A DNA stretch of 64,000 nt from Mobula hypostoma (taxonomy: Eukaryota), in NCBI RefSeq assembly GCF_963921235.1, contig NC_086097.1:16306001-16370000 (forward strand). The letters are read 5' to 3'. This document shows, piece after piece, positions 22,262-34,926 of this stretch (position 1 is the stretch's first letter; each line of letters starts with the position of its first letter). Made by a program: the position numbers and the translations under genes. Under the pieces are notes generated by a model that searched no databases, was not told the origin of the DNA, and worked only from the letters and a program-made list of their open reading frames with translations.

Positions 22262-23885
22262 TGGTGGCATGCAAAAGTTTGGGCACCCCTGGTCAAAATT
22301 TCTGTTACTGTGAATAGCTAAGCAAGTAAAAGATGACCTGATTTCCAAAAGGCATAAAGTTAAAGATGACACATTTCTTTAATATTTTAAGCAAGTTTAC
22401 TTTTTTATTTCCATCTTTTACAGTTTCAAAATAACAAAAAAGGAAAAGGCCTGAAGCAGAAGTTTGGGCACCCTGCATGGTCAGTACTTAGTAACACCCC
22501 CTTTGGCAAGTATCACAGCTTGTAAACGCTTTCTGTAGCCAGCTAAGAGTCTTTCAATTCTTGTTTGGGGGATTTTTGCCCATTCTTCCCTGCAAAAGGC
22601 TTCTAGTTCTGTGAGGTTCTTGGGCCGTCTTACATACACTGCTCTTTTGAGGTCTATCCACAGATTTTCGATGATGTTTAGGTTAAGGGACTATGAGGGC
22701 CATGGTAAAACCTTCAGCTTGCGCCTCTTGAGGTAGTCCACTGTGGATTTTGTGGTGTGTTTCGGATTATTATCCTGTTGTAGAAGCCATCCTCTATTCA
22801 TCTTCAGCTTTTTTACAGATGGTGTGACGTTTGCTTCCAGAATTTGCTGATATTTAATGGAATTCATTCTTCCTCTACCAGTGAAATGTTTCCCGTGCCA
22901 TGGGCTGCAACACAAGCCCAAAGCATGATCGATCCACCCCCGTGCTTAACAGTTGGAGAGGTGTTCTTTTCGTGAAATTCTGCACCCTTTTTTCTCCAAA
23001 CATACCTTTGCTCATTGCGGCCAAAAAGGTCTATTTTAACTTCATCAGTCTACAGGACTTGTTTCCAAAATGCATCAGGCTTGTTTAGATGTTCCGTTGC
23101 AAACACCTGATGCTGAATTTTGTGGTGAGGACGCAGGAAAAGTTTTCTTCTGATGACTCTTCCATGAAGGTCATATTTGTGCAGGTGTTGCTGCACAGTA
23201 GAACAGTGCACCACCACTCCAGAGTCTGCTAAATCTTCCTGAAGGTCTTTTGCAGTCAAACTAGGGTTTTGATTTGCCTTTCTAGCAATCCTACGAGCAG
23301 TTCTCTCGGAAAGTTTTCTTGGTCTTCCAGACCTCAACTTGACCTCCACTATTCTTATTAACTGCTATTTCTTAACTACATTACAAACTGAGGAAACGGC
23401 TACCTGAAAACGCTTTGCTATCTTCTTATAGCCTTCTCCTGCTTTGTGGGCATCATTTATTTTAATTTTCAGAGTGCTAAGCAGCTGCTTAGAGGAGCCC
23501 ATGGCTGCTGATTGTTGGGACAAAGTTTGAGGAGTCAGGGTATTTATAAAGCTTTGAAATTTGCATCACCTGGCCTTTCCTAATGATGACTGTGAACAAG
23601 CCATAGCCCTAACAAGCTAATTAAGGTCTGAGACCTTGGTAAAAGTTATCAGAGAGCTCAAATCTCTTGGGGTGCCCAAACTATTGCATGGTGCTCCTTT
23701 CCTTTTTTTTCCCCACTCTAAAATTGTACAAAACAAAAATAATACATTAATCTTGCTTAAAAATGTTGAAAAGAATGTTTCATCTTTAACTTTATGACTT
23801 TTGGAGATCAGTTCATCTTCTACTCACTTAACTATTCACAGTAACAAAATTTTGACCAGGGTGCCCAAACTTTTGTATGCCACTG
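22262..23885 (-). mobile_element. Tc1-family transposon, IR/DR type, with pseudogenised DD34E transposase (22481-23502)
   Basis: ~220-bp inverted repeats with AAGTTTGGGCACCC repeated at inner and outer ends; MGSSKQL..GEGYKKIAKRF, GRPRK, QQDNNPKH; 34 residues counted from D to E; several stops. Confidence 0.92.
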
Positions 23886-23974
23886 TATCATTAAACTTTC
23901 AGAAAGCTCAGTAGTACGATCTACACAAAATACTTAAGCTCATTGCAGAAGTGTGCTTTTGATAATAGTGTAGT

Positions 23975-26900
23975 AAACCCAATAAAAAGCGGCTAAATTG
24001 CAACCCCCTGAAAAACACAGAAGCAAGAAGTGAGTTTCGATGCACCCTAGCTGAGAAACTACGGGAGTTGGAACCTTGTCTGAGTTCAGAAAATACCATG
24101 GAACAACAGTGGACCTATATCAGCTCTGCGCTCTATGAGGCAGCAGCCCTATCCATCGGTCATAAGAGCAAGAACCACCAAGACTGGTTTGACAATAACT
24201 CAGACACCATCCACAACTTGCTTAAGGACATGCACAAAGGACACCGGGCAACTTTAGACAACCCGTCATCTACCAGTATCAGACAGCATTGGCAGGCAGC
24301 TTGGAGGAAAGTGCAAAAGGCAGTACGGGCCATACAAAATGAGTGGTGGACTGAAAAGGCACATGAAATCCAGTCCTTTGCCAATAATAATAACATGCAT
24401 AATTTTTACAATGCTGTCAAAACCATCTACAGCCCAATAAATCAATGTGTTACTCCCCTGAAAACAGCAGATGGTCTAACACTTCTGAAGAATCAGAATA
24501 CCATTCTGCTGAGGTGGGCAGAGCATTTTAACAGCCTTCTGATGCAGACCCCACCATCCTGGACGAACTGCCTGAACTTCCTCCTATCCATGACCTCAGT
24601 CTACCACCAACCTTCCAGGAAATTCTGTCAGCTGTCCATTCCCTTAAGAACAAGTCCCCTGGCACTGACAATATCCCTGCTGAGTTACTGAAGAACGGAG
24701 GGTACATGTGTATGCGTACCCTCTACCAGTACATCACCAAGGCCTGGACTGATGAGAACATCCCACAGCAATGGAGAAATGCAAACATCGTTGTCACTTA
24801 TAAGAACAAGGGTGACAAGGCCATCTGCGGCAATAGTAGGGGCATATCACTCCTTTCTGTTGCTGGAAAGGTCCTGGCTAAGGTGATGCTTCAAAGACTC
24901 ATTAGCAACATCACTGAGTCAATGCTGCCGGAATCGCAGTGTGGACTTAAGAAGAACAGGAGCATGATCGACATGATCTTTACAGCCCGGCAGTTTCAGG
25001 ACAAGTGTCAGGAGCAACATCAGGACCTATTTATGGCCTTTGTCAACCTCTCCAAAGCATTCGACACTGTGCAAAGAGAGCTCTTATGGGATGTCCTCCT
25101 TAGGTTTGGCTGTCCCAATAAATTTGTTAACATCCTCTGCCAGTTCCACAATGGGATGACTGCTCGGGTGACCATAGGAGGACAACAGTCCAAACCCTTC
25201 CTTGTACACACAGGGTTGAGGCAGGGGTGTGTACTAGTGCCAGTGCTCTTTAACATCTTTCTCTTGTGTGTTACCAAGCCTCTCCACAACAAGATTGAAG
25301 ACAGCAGCAGTGTGGCAGTGAACGTCAGATTAGATGGCAACCTCTTGAACATCAGGAGGCTCCCCGCAACCACCAAACTCCATAGAGAGCGGGTCCTGGA
25401 GCTGCAGTATGCAGACAACTGTGCTCTTGTGGCCCATACTCCGAAGGATCTTCAGACTGTCCTTGCTGTGGCGGAGAGCGTACAGCAGGATGGGGCTGTC
25501 AATGCCACCAAGACAGAAGTGGTTTGCCAATGGAGTACCGGTGTCCCACCCACTCTACCTACCTTCACTGGTGGTGATGAAAAGCTGACAGTAGTGCCAT
25601 CTTTCAAATGTCTGGGGAGCATTCTCTCTGCGGATAGCAGCATTTTTGACAACAATATCCAGAGCCACATTAAACAGGCATCAGCTGTCTTTGGGAGACC
25701 TCGGTGTAGAGTCTTTCAGAACAGGAGCCTTCGTCCCTCCACAAAGGTCGCCATATACCAAGCAGTCTGTGTCACCACCCTCCTTTATAGCTGTGAAGTT
25801 TGGGTAATCTACAGCCGTCACATCAAGTCCTTGGAGCGCTTCCACATAAGCTGCCTCCAGCACATCCTGGGAATTACCTGGCGTGAGCGGGTGCCTCACA
25901 CTGAAATACTTGTAAAGACCAACTGAAGAAGTATTGAGGCCAATGATCACCCAGCGTCAGCTGCAGTGGCTGGGGCACGTGATAAGGATGCCCCCATGTC
26001 AGCTACCCCACAGAGTGCATATGGCCAGCTACATCATGGTCAATGTTCAGCTGGAAGGTCGAAGGAGCACTATAAGGATCAGATGAAGAATGCTTTAAGG
26101 AAGTGCAAGATCAGACCCGAGGACCTGGAGGATGTTGCTGCTGACCGTACCACTTGGTAACAGCTGTGTAGGGACGGGGTTCGTGTTCTGGAGATGGAAA
26201 GAACAACCAGAAGACAGAAGAGAGTCAGGAGAAATGCAGCCATGGTTGCCACCACTACCACATATACATGTCCCACCTGCAATAGAGCTTGTGGGCCGAG
26301 GATAGGACTGTATCTATGTACTACTAAAACTCTCATGTTCTGTCTGTCTGTTTGTCTGTTTGTGACCTCCAATTAGTGCAAACGGTGCATTACAGCGGCA
26401 TTTTTTTCGGCTCAATCGAATTAAAATGCACTAACTTACAGAATGCAGGCAAAGTTCGGGGTTATATATTCGTATAAAATTGCTCATCCGCCAAAAGTCA
26501 ACAGGCTGGCTTTCACCTGAGACCCAATCGGCCATCATGGAAATCAGGACGCGACAGCCCGACGCATGCGCACGGCCAACCTCAGCAGTGACACCTACCG
26601 GAGCAAAAGGGCAGGGCAGCTCTAATTCGAGGGGTCACATTCTGCTAATCATCATCAGCATGTGCAGGATTGGAGCAGATCTAACTGCCACCCGTCAATA
26701 AGAGATAATTAGATCTTTGTAATGACATACTTCGAGACACCCATAAAACCCTTTGCTACAGTCAAAGGACAACGGTGACTATATCACATCCATTTAGGAG
26801 AGCGCCAACCATATCATCAAGAATAATCAGCATCCTTTGGTGTTAGTGCTTCGTATCTTCTATCCAGCATTAGGGTAAAAGAAAAAGGTCAGCCTAATTT

Positions 26901-27478
26901 TGCCGCGTGGAAAGGGAAGGGGGACATTATGGTCAAGAGATGACACCAAACGTCATCAGGAAGCGGCAAGGAGAGGGAGAGAACAAGAATCGGATGAGGC
27001 CAGGGCCGCACGACTCCAGGATCAAAGAGTCAGGACAAAAGAAGATGAGAGAAGAACAGACAGAGGAGGAGAGGCATGCACGTCTCCAGGATCAGAGACA
27101 AAGAACAAACCGCAGAAGAGATGAAGAGACGGGGAATGAAAGGGCTGCATGTCTCCAGAATGACAACAAGAGGCACAAGGGTGGCAGATAAACTAGAAAT
27201 GATGCCATCAAAAGTGTCCTTCGTTAAATGAGGAGCAGCTATATTTGCTTTGCTACACGTTGTTCTTCTTTAATAAACTGAGGTTTTCTTCTTCAATTTC
27301 CAAAGCAAAGCGATACCAATAGCATTCAGGAAAATTTAATGTTCATTCTGGTCACATCAGATTGCACTACCCTTCTCTCAAAGGGTGCCCCAACAGGTCA
27401 CCCCGTTGTCTAGTAGTCAAAGATCTCACCGTTAAAGGAGTGGACGTCGTCATTGGATTTCGTGGACAACCGAAGAGT
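23975..27478 (+). mobile_element. 5'-truncated RTE-clade LINE, split near its 3' end by a Helitron (26313-27413)
   Basis: HQDWFD, GNSRGISLLSVAGK, GLRQGCVL.P.LF, LQYADN, C-terminal CPTCNRACGPRIGLY continuing after the Helitron. Confidence 0.88.
26313..27413 (+). mobile_element. Non-autonomous Helitron (1.1 kb), same family as 5608-13890
   Basis: A|TC 5' end, 3' hairpin GGGTGCCCCAACAGGTCACCC + CTAG|T, no TSD; charged repeat fused to the last helicase codons (TRNDAIKSVLR*). Confidence 0.92.
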
Positions 27479-29932
27479 TCATTATCACCTGAATGCCTTT
27501 TATAATTGTTCAGGACCCTTACTTTTTTATGTGGCTGCACGGAAATTAGCTTTAGGCTTTCAATGAACATATAGTGACTCCAGCACTGCAATTTCATTCC
27601 ATCTCACCCAAGCAGAATCATTCCTTTTTTGTTTCCTCTGCCCCACAGCAAATTGCACTGCCCTTCACATTTTCAGACTCAAAGAGAACTTGTGTCATTA
27701 CACTGATGACAGTTGTGATACACCTTTACAACTCATGATTTTATTTCTCCTCCCTCACCATCTGCAGGGCACAGAGTTAGCAATCATTAAACTGTTCAGC
27801 CAACTTAATACTATTTATTTGCAAAACAGACACCCTGCAATGCAAGAAAAATGTCTGGTGGTGGGGGAGGGGCAACTGAAGATGGCAATCTGTAATATCA
27901 CATTATATTTAAGATTATGGGAAAAAACTAATCCTCTATATCCATTACAAGAGACTTTATTTTACAGATCAATAGAATCAGGTACACCAACCAAGTCATG
28001 ATTAAAATCTAGATTTGTCTATATAATTCAACTACCTGAAAGACTCTTTATATAGGCACACAGTCCTATGTGGGAGGGAGGCAAGTATGAATGAACCCTG
28101 AAATTTCTGACATACATAAATGATATTGAGAACCTATTCAACTATCAAACACAATTTTGATAAGATTTTTATGCCACTCGTACACAGCACAATTTCTAAT
28201 GGATGTACAAATGTCACATCAAACCGTAAGAGTGAGGACTGGACAGAGGCAGCATGGAAATCCCAGACGACATTCATGGAGGTTTTTATCCTCTCTTGGC
28301 TCAGTAGGACATAGAAATAGAATTCTGGGAAACAAAGTCCTCTCATTTCAACAGTTTTCATCTGTCCAAAAAGATACACAGCTTGGCCATGCCATAAATC
28401 ATGAATTTCTAACCACACCCATAAGCAACAACAAAGAATTGGTATGCTACAAATGCAGAAAAATATGGACCTGCTGGCCTCACAATGCGGTGTTGAAAAA
28501 TTTGATGCTGCTGTTTCACATAAATGGTGCAAAGGTGTTCCAAACAAAGTGAAATCTATAGAAGGCAGAGTTCCCTGCAGAAAGTACATGTGTTTTCTCA
28601 CTGGTTAGATATTTCAAATAAAACTAGCAATGAAAGAGTTAAAAGCCAGTGAAAGTGGATAGTGTGCTCACTGACCAAATAAAAGGCATCTATATCTGTG
28701 TTTTCCCCTTAACCCTGTTTGTTTTCCTGCACTTAAGCTCATTATATCTAGGATTACTTAACTAACACTATTATGCATCCCCAAGATGCAAGAACACAAG
28801 AAAAGGAGCCAGAAATGATAAAATCTTTTAGTCTAACAATATCAAAATTCCATTGCCTCATCATTAAACTGCTTTTATTTGAAGACCGAGCTTCTCCCTT
28901 GGGGGTTTATCTCTCTCCTTCATCTCTTCCCTCCTTCTCTTCAGTCTCCATGCAGATGTTAGTCTTACAAAATGCATTCTTCACTAATCTGTTTAAATAG
29001 GTTGTTACACAACACGATCCTGAAGAGCTGTAACCAAAACTGGCTTATTAGACCCTTAAAAGAAATGCTAAAAGCATTATTTCTAACACAAGAGACAAAT
29101 ATTTTCTCAAATTAACATGGGGCAGTCGGTGCAACTGACAACAAAAAGCACTTTAGGAACAAATATTTACACGTTTGTCATTAAGTGGAGATTATTTTTC
29201 AGTTTGGCATAGGGTTTACAGACATTGGAAGAAAATTCCCTAATTACATTTCAAGATGTAGCAGAGTTACTTTCAATTTAAAGCCAACACATTGTCCTGT
29301 AACCTTCTGTGTACAACCTTTCCACAAGACTCATAGGAAGACAAAGGTCAAGAAAGGGGAGAGAAGAGGACACAGCAGCAAAATTGGGGAAGACAACACT
29401 GTTGTGCCCTGAAATGATAAAGCATGGATTTGATACAATGATTAACAATCTACAACTGTTAACCTCAGCTATTTCATGAGACCACAGAAATAATGGAGTG
29501 TCCCAACAGCATCCAGCCGGTCACATCAGCAAAGGTTAAGCTGGCTATGAACAGTTGAAATATGAGGTATCAATGGGTGTAAAGGTATAGACACATCACT
29601 CACTACCACTCTTGCCCTTCAACACTGGATGACAAGTTTTCTACATCTGCTTCCAGAAGCAAAACATAAAAAGGTTTTAGCAGTTCTGGCTAACACTTAT
29701 TGAAGAGTCGCAACGTACTGGTACTGAGCGTCAATGTGAATAGTGCAATGGAATCTCACAACTCCAATATTCGAGAGGTAGGAAAATTTCCTGTGTTTAA
29801 CACAAGTCAGCAATGAATCATACAGTAAACACTAGGTTTTCTCATCAAACAAATAAGCATATCAAATAAATGACAATTACAGCTATATGCTTATACCACT
29901 GATGATGATTGTAGGTACAGAATCCATCTTAC

Positions 29933-30030
29933 CTCATATCAATCTCATTAAATGTCGTCAGCATGGCACAAGTATTCTGAGCCTCCTTTAGTCGCTGTGC
30001 AATTCGCTGTCGCATTCTATTCATTTTAAC
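29933..30030 (-). CDS. DLST: DLST exon 10 ([33 protein letters not shown])
   Basis: 98 nt; TAG acceptor; GTAAGA donor; conserved start of the catalytic domain. Confidence 0.98.
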
Positions 30031-30789
30031 CTAATAATTTGAAAGTTATTTACTGAATTACTCCATTTTAATTAATCAACAGCTTGCACATGCAATAGAG
30101 CAACTTTCCTGATCTATTTCATCCCATGTTGCTTCAAGGGAGATGTAACAAACAAAATTTGATACTGCATCATATAATATCATTAAGGCAGACAATCAAG
30201 TGCTTAGTAAAATAAGTTTTATGAAGCATCCCGAAAGAGAAAAGATATGGTGCATTCCAGAATTTAGAGCTAGTGCAGGGCCAATGCAGGTGAGAACTGG
30301 AGGGTTGCAAGGCTGGAATTAAGTACCAAAATTGGCAGGCCAAAGGACATGAAGAGAACTGCAAAGAATGTCAATAGAAGCCAGGACACACAGATGTGAT
30401 GTGAACTGAGACTTCATCATGTCAGGATGTGAGCCTTGTTGGCTATACTACCGTCTCCTGCTTATTCCTAACTGTCTGTGAGAAAATGGTGGTCAACAAC
30501 CTTCTTGAATTCCCTAGCTCTTTCCATCAATCAAAGTAGTTTTAGTTACAAACATCCAGGACTTTAAGTCAATGATGATAAAAGAACAGTACAATGTTTG
30601 CAAAGTCAGGGTGGCATGTTAAAAGGAGGAAAAATTACAAATGGAGGTGCTATGCTCCCAAGTGACTACAGACCAACCCTTCTTGCTGGTAGACACTGTG
30701 GGATCACCATATTTCCATATTACAAAGGAAGCTATTTCAATCATCGGCTATGCCACTTTGCAGAATAATCCTATTTGCTATTTCTTCTC

Positions 30790-30990
30790 GAAACCTATGC
30801 ACCTTACATTCTCATTAACTCATCCCAGGTTCTGCCGCCATCTGCACAAACCTATCAAGACTAAATAACCTTTCAATCCGCATGGCCTGGAAAAGTGGGA
30901 GAAAAATGGAGCACCCTGAGGGACGACTTGCAAACTCCACACAAACTGCAGAGGTCAGGAGTGAATCCAAGTCGCTGGAGCAGCAGCTCT
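30790..30990 (-). repeat. Degenerate V-SINE/HE1-like SINE
   Basis: Reverse complement has GTGTGGAGTTTGCAAG and GGGTGCTCCATTTTTCTCCCAC, the V-domain signature. Confidence 0.55.
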
Positions 30991-31469
30991 ACTAGTTTGG
31001 GAAGTGCTGCTGGAGGAACTTAATACAAGTAACAACTATGCTATTAGTGGAGTGTAAGAATGTGTAGTGTGGGAGGTGTGGCGGGGGGGAGATGTATGGA
31101 AAAAGGACAGAGAAATGAATGGGGTGCCAGTAAAATGGCTTACTTTGCCTTGGATGTTGGGATTTTTTGGGCATTGTTTGTACTGCACTTATCCGGACAA
31201 CAGCATTCCATCATGCTCTTCACTTGAGCCTTGCTAATGGTGGAAAAATCAGGAAGTAGGCCATTCACATGACACCCAATTAATGTGGGCTCATTAACAC
31301 AGTATGTACTTGACAAAAAAATTAGATCCTTGTCAATTATGAACCCACCAGAGCAGTAAAAGTGCAAATGAGTGTCAACGCCATGTGTTCTTTTTCTGAG
31401 ATGAACAATTCCAGCAACATGCATGACACAAGTGTTTTTGCCATTTATTAGCTCTTGTTTGAATACCAT

Positions 31470-31597
31470 AAACAAAAGAGACTATGCAGCTGTTGGAAAT
31501 CCAGAGTAACACACACAAAATGCAGCAGCTCAGGCAGCATCTCTGGAGAGGAACACACAGTCGATGTTTCGGGCTGAGACCCTTCATCAGCACTGCG
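31470..31597 (-). ncRNA. Penelope-derived terminal repeat with near-intact minimal type I hammerhead ribozyme motif
   Basis: Minus strand CAGTG-CTGATGA-AGGGTCTCAGCCC-GAAA-C-ATC-GACTG (core 31558-31595). Confidence 0.7.
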
Positions 31598-32004
31598 CAT
31601 GTTTGAATACTGCCTTGCTTTGATGCACATAGACAAGGTATAACCATCTTCAACTTTGTGTAATTATAAGCACAACACATTTGCATTTTTTCCATGTTCT
31701 GCTGTTACTATCATGAAACGGGGCGGGCAAAGCATGCTAAGTTGAATTAGAAGGAAGTACATGCTGGATAGAAGTTCTCCACTTTTGACTCTATTTCAGA
31801 AGAATGAGTCCATAAAGCAGATGAAGTGATGCTTCCAGAAAACTGTGTTAAAAACCTCTTGCAGTGATTCCTTGTGACTGGGCTAATCCATTTCCAATTA
31901 ATGGCCTCCTATGTGCACCATCTCTCTCCAATATTGTTTACCCCTCAATGTCCAGTGGTTTTCATTTTACCAAGACTCATTAATGCGACAGTCAGTGAAA
32001 TACT

Positions 32005-32472
32005 AAACACAAGAGATTCTGCAGCTGCTGGAAATATGGAGTAACACACACAAAATGCTGGAGGAACTCAGCAGGTCAGGTAGCATCTATGGAGGGAAAT
32101 AAAAAGTTGACTTTTTTGGACCAAGATCGCTCAGCAAGAGTGGAAAGGAAGGGGCAGAAGCCGGAATAGGAAGATGGGGGGCGGGGGAAGGAGTACAAAC
32201 TGTAGGTGATGTGTGAAACCAGTTGAGGGGGAAGGTAGATGCGGGGGAGGGGGAGGATGAAGTGAGAAGCTGAGAGATAATAGGTGGAAGAGGTAAAGGT
32301 TGAAGAAAGATTCTGATAGGAGAGTGGGCCATGGGAGAAAGGGAAAGAGGAGAGATGCTCGATGAAGCGGTTCCCCCAATCTACATCAGTTCTCCCTGAT
32401 GTAGAGGAGCCTGCACCAAGAGCACTGAATACAGTTGATGACCTCGACAGACTTTCAGGTGAACTTTACCTG
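32005..32472 (-). mobile_element. Penelope-like element fragment (GIY-YIG remnant + terminal repeat)
   Basis: Minus strand FT*KSVEVINCIQCSWCRLLYIRE...RFIEHL is a decayed VIYCI..LYIGET..RF.EH motif; same tail as the 31470 and 42135 repeats. Confidence 0.75.
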
Positions 32473-32815
32473 TGTGCCTGTTGGAGTTGTTTACTGTATC
32501 CATCTGAAGGACCTGTTTCTGTGATGTAATGCTCTAAGAATAGAGAGCCACAAACTACTAAGATGATTTTTTTTTCACTGAATAAATGTACAGCCCATTT
32601 TTCCAAGTTAGCCAGGCAATAATTTCATGATTATCAAAGAATTCTACAAAAAATGAAACTGCTTCACAGGAAAAGTTTCATCTGCTAGCTGATAAAATAG
32701 CATTTAGAGTTTCAATCCAAGTACATCAACAATGCAATCACTCATACTATTTGTATACAATGCCAAATACTGTATATAACATGCAATTGCTATGACAGCA
32801 TTTTATTATACCTAC

Positions 32816-32898
32816 TCTATGCTCTGATCTGACACCTTTGAATTCCACGTCTGAAGTTAACTGTCCAACAGGAGCTGCAGTAGGTTTCACTGCTGATA
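32816..32898 (-). CDS. DLST: DLST exon 9 (VSAVKPTAAPVGQLTSDVEFKGVRSEHR)
   Basis: 83 nt; CCAG acceptor; GTAGGT donor; VSAVKPT...RSEHR matches DLST. Confidence 0.95.
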
Positions 32899-33500
32899 CT
32901 GGAACAAAAATAACAGTACAACAAGGCAATATTAGAAATTACGTATATGCTATACCCTCAATTATATCCTGGGCATATCATCTCATATTTTGCAGATAAC
33001 ACTGCAAAACTCCATTTAAAGAAACAATTGTAACCATGCTGCCATTAGCAAATTTACTAGTTACAAGTTAGTGATCCATGATTGCAAAGAGTGTTATGAG
33101 TTACTAGATACAGCAAAAGATTTGCTAAAATTAACAACCTTTTGCTTTCACTGCTTTATTACATTATCTTGTTTCAGTCAATAGTACAGTTGCTTCATTT
33201 GAAAAGCTGGGAATTCAAGCTTCACTCTGGCTTGAGTGCATAATCTTAGTGGCAGTTCAAAGCAGTAGTAAGGAGAATGCTGTATGATAAGGCACGGGAT
33301 TGGGGAAAAAGTGAACTCATTATATATGGTTCAGTGTTGTTCCTTTGATGAATGACACCAAAAACATACATTGTAAAAGGAAAATAATGCTTTGCATTAA
33401 TAGAGTAAGTTTCAGGAACTCAGGACATTCCAAGACAAAATATTTTTGAAGTGTGATCATATTTGAAAAATAGAATATGAGAGCTCTAATTTGCACAAAA

Positions 33501-34077
33501 TTCTGACCTCTGCAAGGGATTGGCAGCTGTTGGCAGACCCCGAAGGGCAGCTGAAGTTCCCCAACCATATCGCAGCCACCACCCTGCCACCAGACATTGT
33601 CCTAGTGTCTGAGTCTACTAAGCAAGTGGTGCTGCTGGAGCTGACAGTCCCATGGGAAGATAGCAAGGAAGAGGCCTTTGAAAGGAAGCTCTCCAAGTAC
33701 GCAGGACTGGTCAGCAACTGTCAGCAGGCTGGATGGAGAGCGAGGTGTCACCCAGTGGAGGTTGGTTGTAGGGGATTCGTAGCCCATTCTTTAGTTAGAG
33801 CCTTCAGCATTTTGGGCATCGAGGGAGAGAGGAAGAGGAGAGCCATCCGCAGTACCACCGATGCGGCAGAGAGGGCCTCAAGATGGCTGTGGCTCAAAAG
33901 AGGGGAGCCATGGAGTCATAAGTAGCTAGCCATCTGGACACAAGCTGGGGTCTGATCAGACCCGGCTGGGTCACCTGGAGGAGGTTGTATGATGTTGAAA
34001 GACCTGAAACACCCGATGATTTCAGGAACATCACTGAAGATGTGGCCAGAAGCATCAATAGATGTATGTACACAATA
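33501..34077 (+). mobile_element. 3' fragment of an RLE-type non-LTR retrotransposon (HERO/NeSL-like, R2 group)
   Basis: PDIVLVS..LLELTVPWE..RKLSKY..PVEVGCRGF restriction-like endonuclease motifs, stop at 33925, 3' UTR; flanked by a 36-bp direct repeat. Confidence 0.82.
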
Positions 34078-34543
34078 GAAAAATAGAATATGAGAGTTCT
34101 AATTTGCACAAAAATCACAACAAAATGTGACAATTAACCAGATAATCTTGATTTTTAATGATGTTATGTGAAGGATGGTTGACAATCTTGACAAACTGGA
34201 TCACTCTGCTACACCCTGACATAATGTCACGATATTTGTTTTTAAACATCCACTTGAGAGATAAGCATTAGTCTAACATTCTTTCAAGCACCCAGCCCTC
34301 TAACGTCATAGCATTCTCTCAGGACTACACCAGAATGTCACTCTAATTGACTGTGCTTGGGACGCTGAGTGGAACTTGAAGTCACAACCTTTAATCTCAG
34401 GTGTGTGTACAACCCACTGAGGTAAGTGCATAGGATCTCATTGTGCATCTTATGGCAAGACACCGTTTAAGAAATGACATTAATATAAAGTGGAGTATGA
34501 GATTTTTGAGGTATGAAATTACTGGTGTTTTTTTAAAGCTTAC

Positions 34544-34732
34544 CGGGTTTACTGTCCATGGGTTGTGCATGTACAGGTGGCACGGGTGGCATTGTGGTTG
34601 GAATTGCCCCTGCTGTGGCTGCTGGAGGTGGCGGTGGAGGTGGAGGCGGTGGCGGCGCTGTGGTTGGAGGTGGAACTGGAGCTTCTGCTTTAGCAGCAGA
34701 GGGGGTTGCTGGCTTGGTCTTTACAGCACCAC
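34544..34732 (-). CDS. DLST: DLST exon 8 (Ala/Pro-rich linker)
   Basis: 189 nt; TTTTCCAG acceptor; GTAAGC donor; ends IPTTMPPVPPVHAQPMDSKP. Confidence 0.95.
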
Positions 34733-34814
34733 CTGGAAAAACAAAAATAAAAATTTTAACATATTTCAACCTATGATGTTTTTCAAACATTGTGTAATAT
34801 AAAGGATACTCCAC

Positions 34815-34926
34815 CTTCTGTCTTCCTGAGTTTAAACAGAGGCGTTCCTCCTTCCACTTTACCGCCGTCAGGGACCAGGAGCTCCTCAATGATACCAGAA
34901 TGCGGTGCAGGGACCTGCACTGATGT
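34815..34926 (-). CDS. DLST: DLST exon 7 ([37 protein letters not shown])
   Basis: 112 nt; TTTACAG acceptor; GTGGAG donor; C-terminal half of the lipoyl domain. Confidence 0.95.

Noticed and set aside
33960..34050. Hammerhead-like TATGATG...GAAAC in the RLE element 3' UTR
   Set aside because: CUGANGA core is not intact and the three-stem geometry could not be built.
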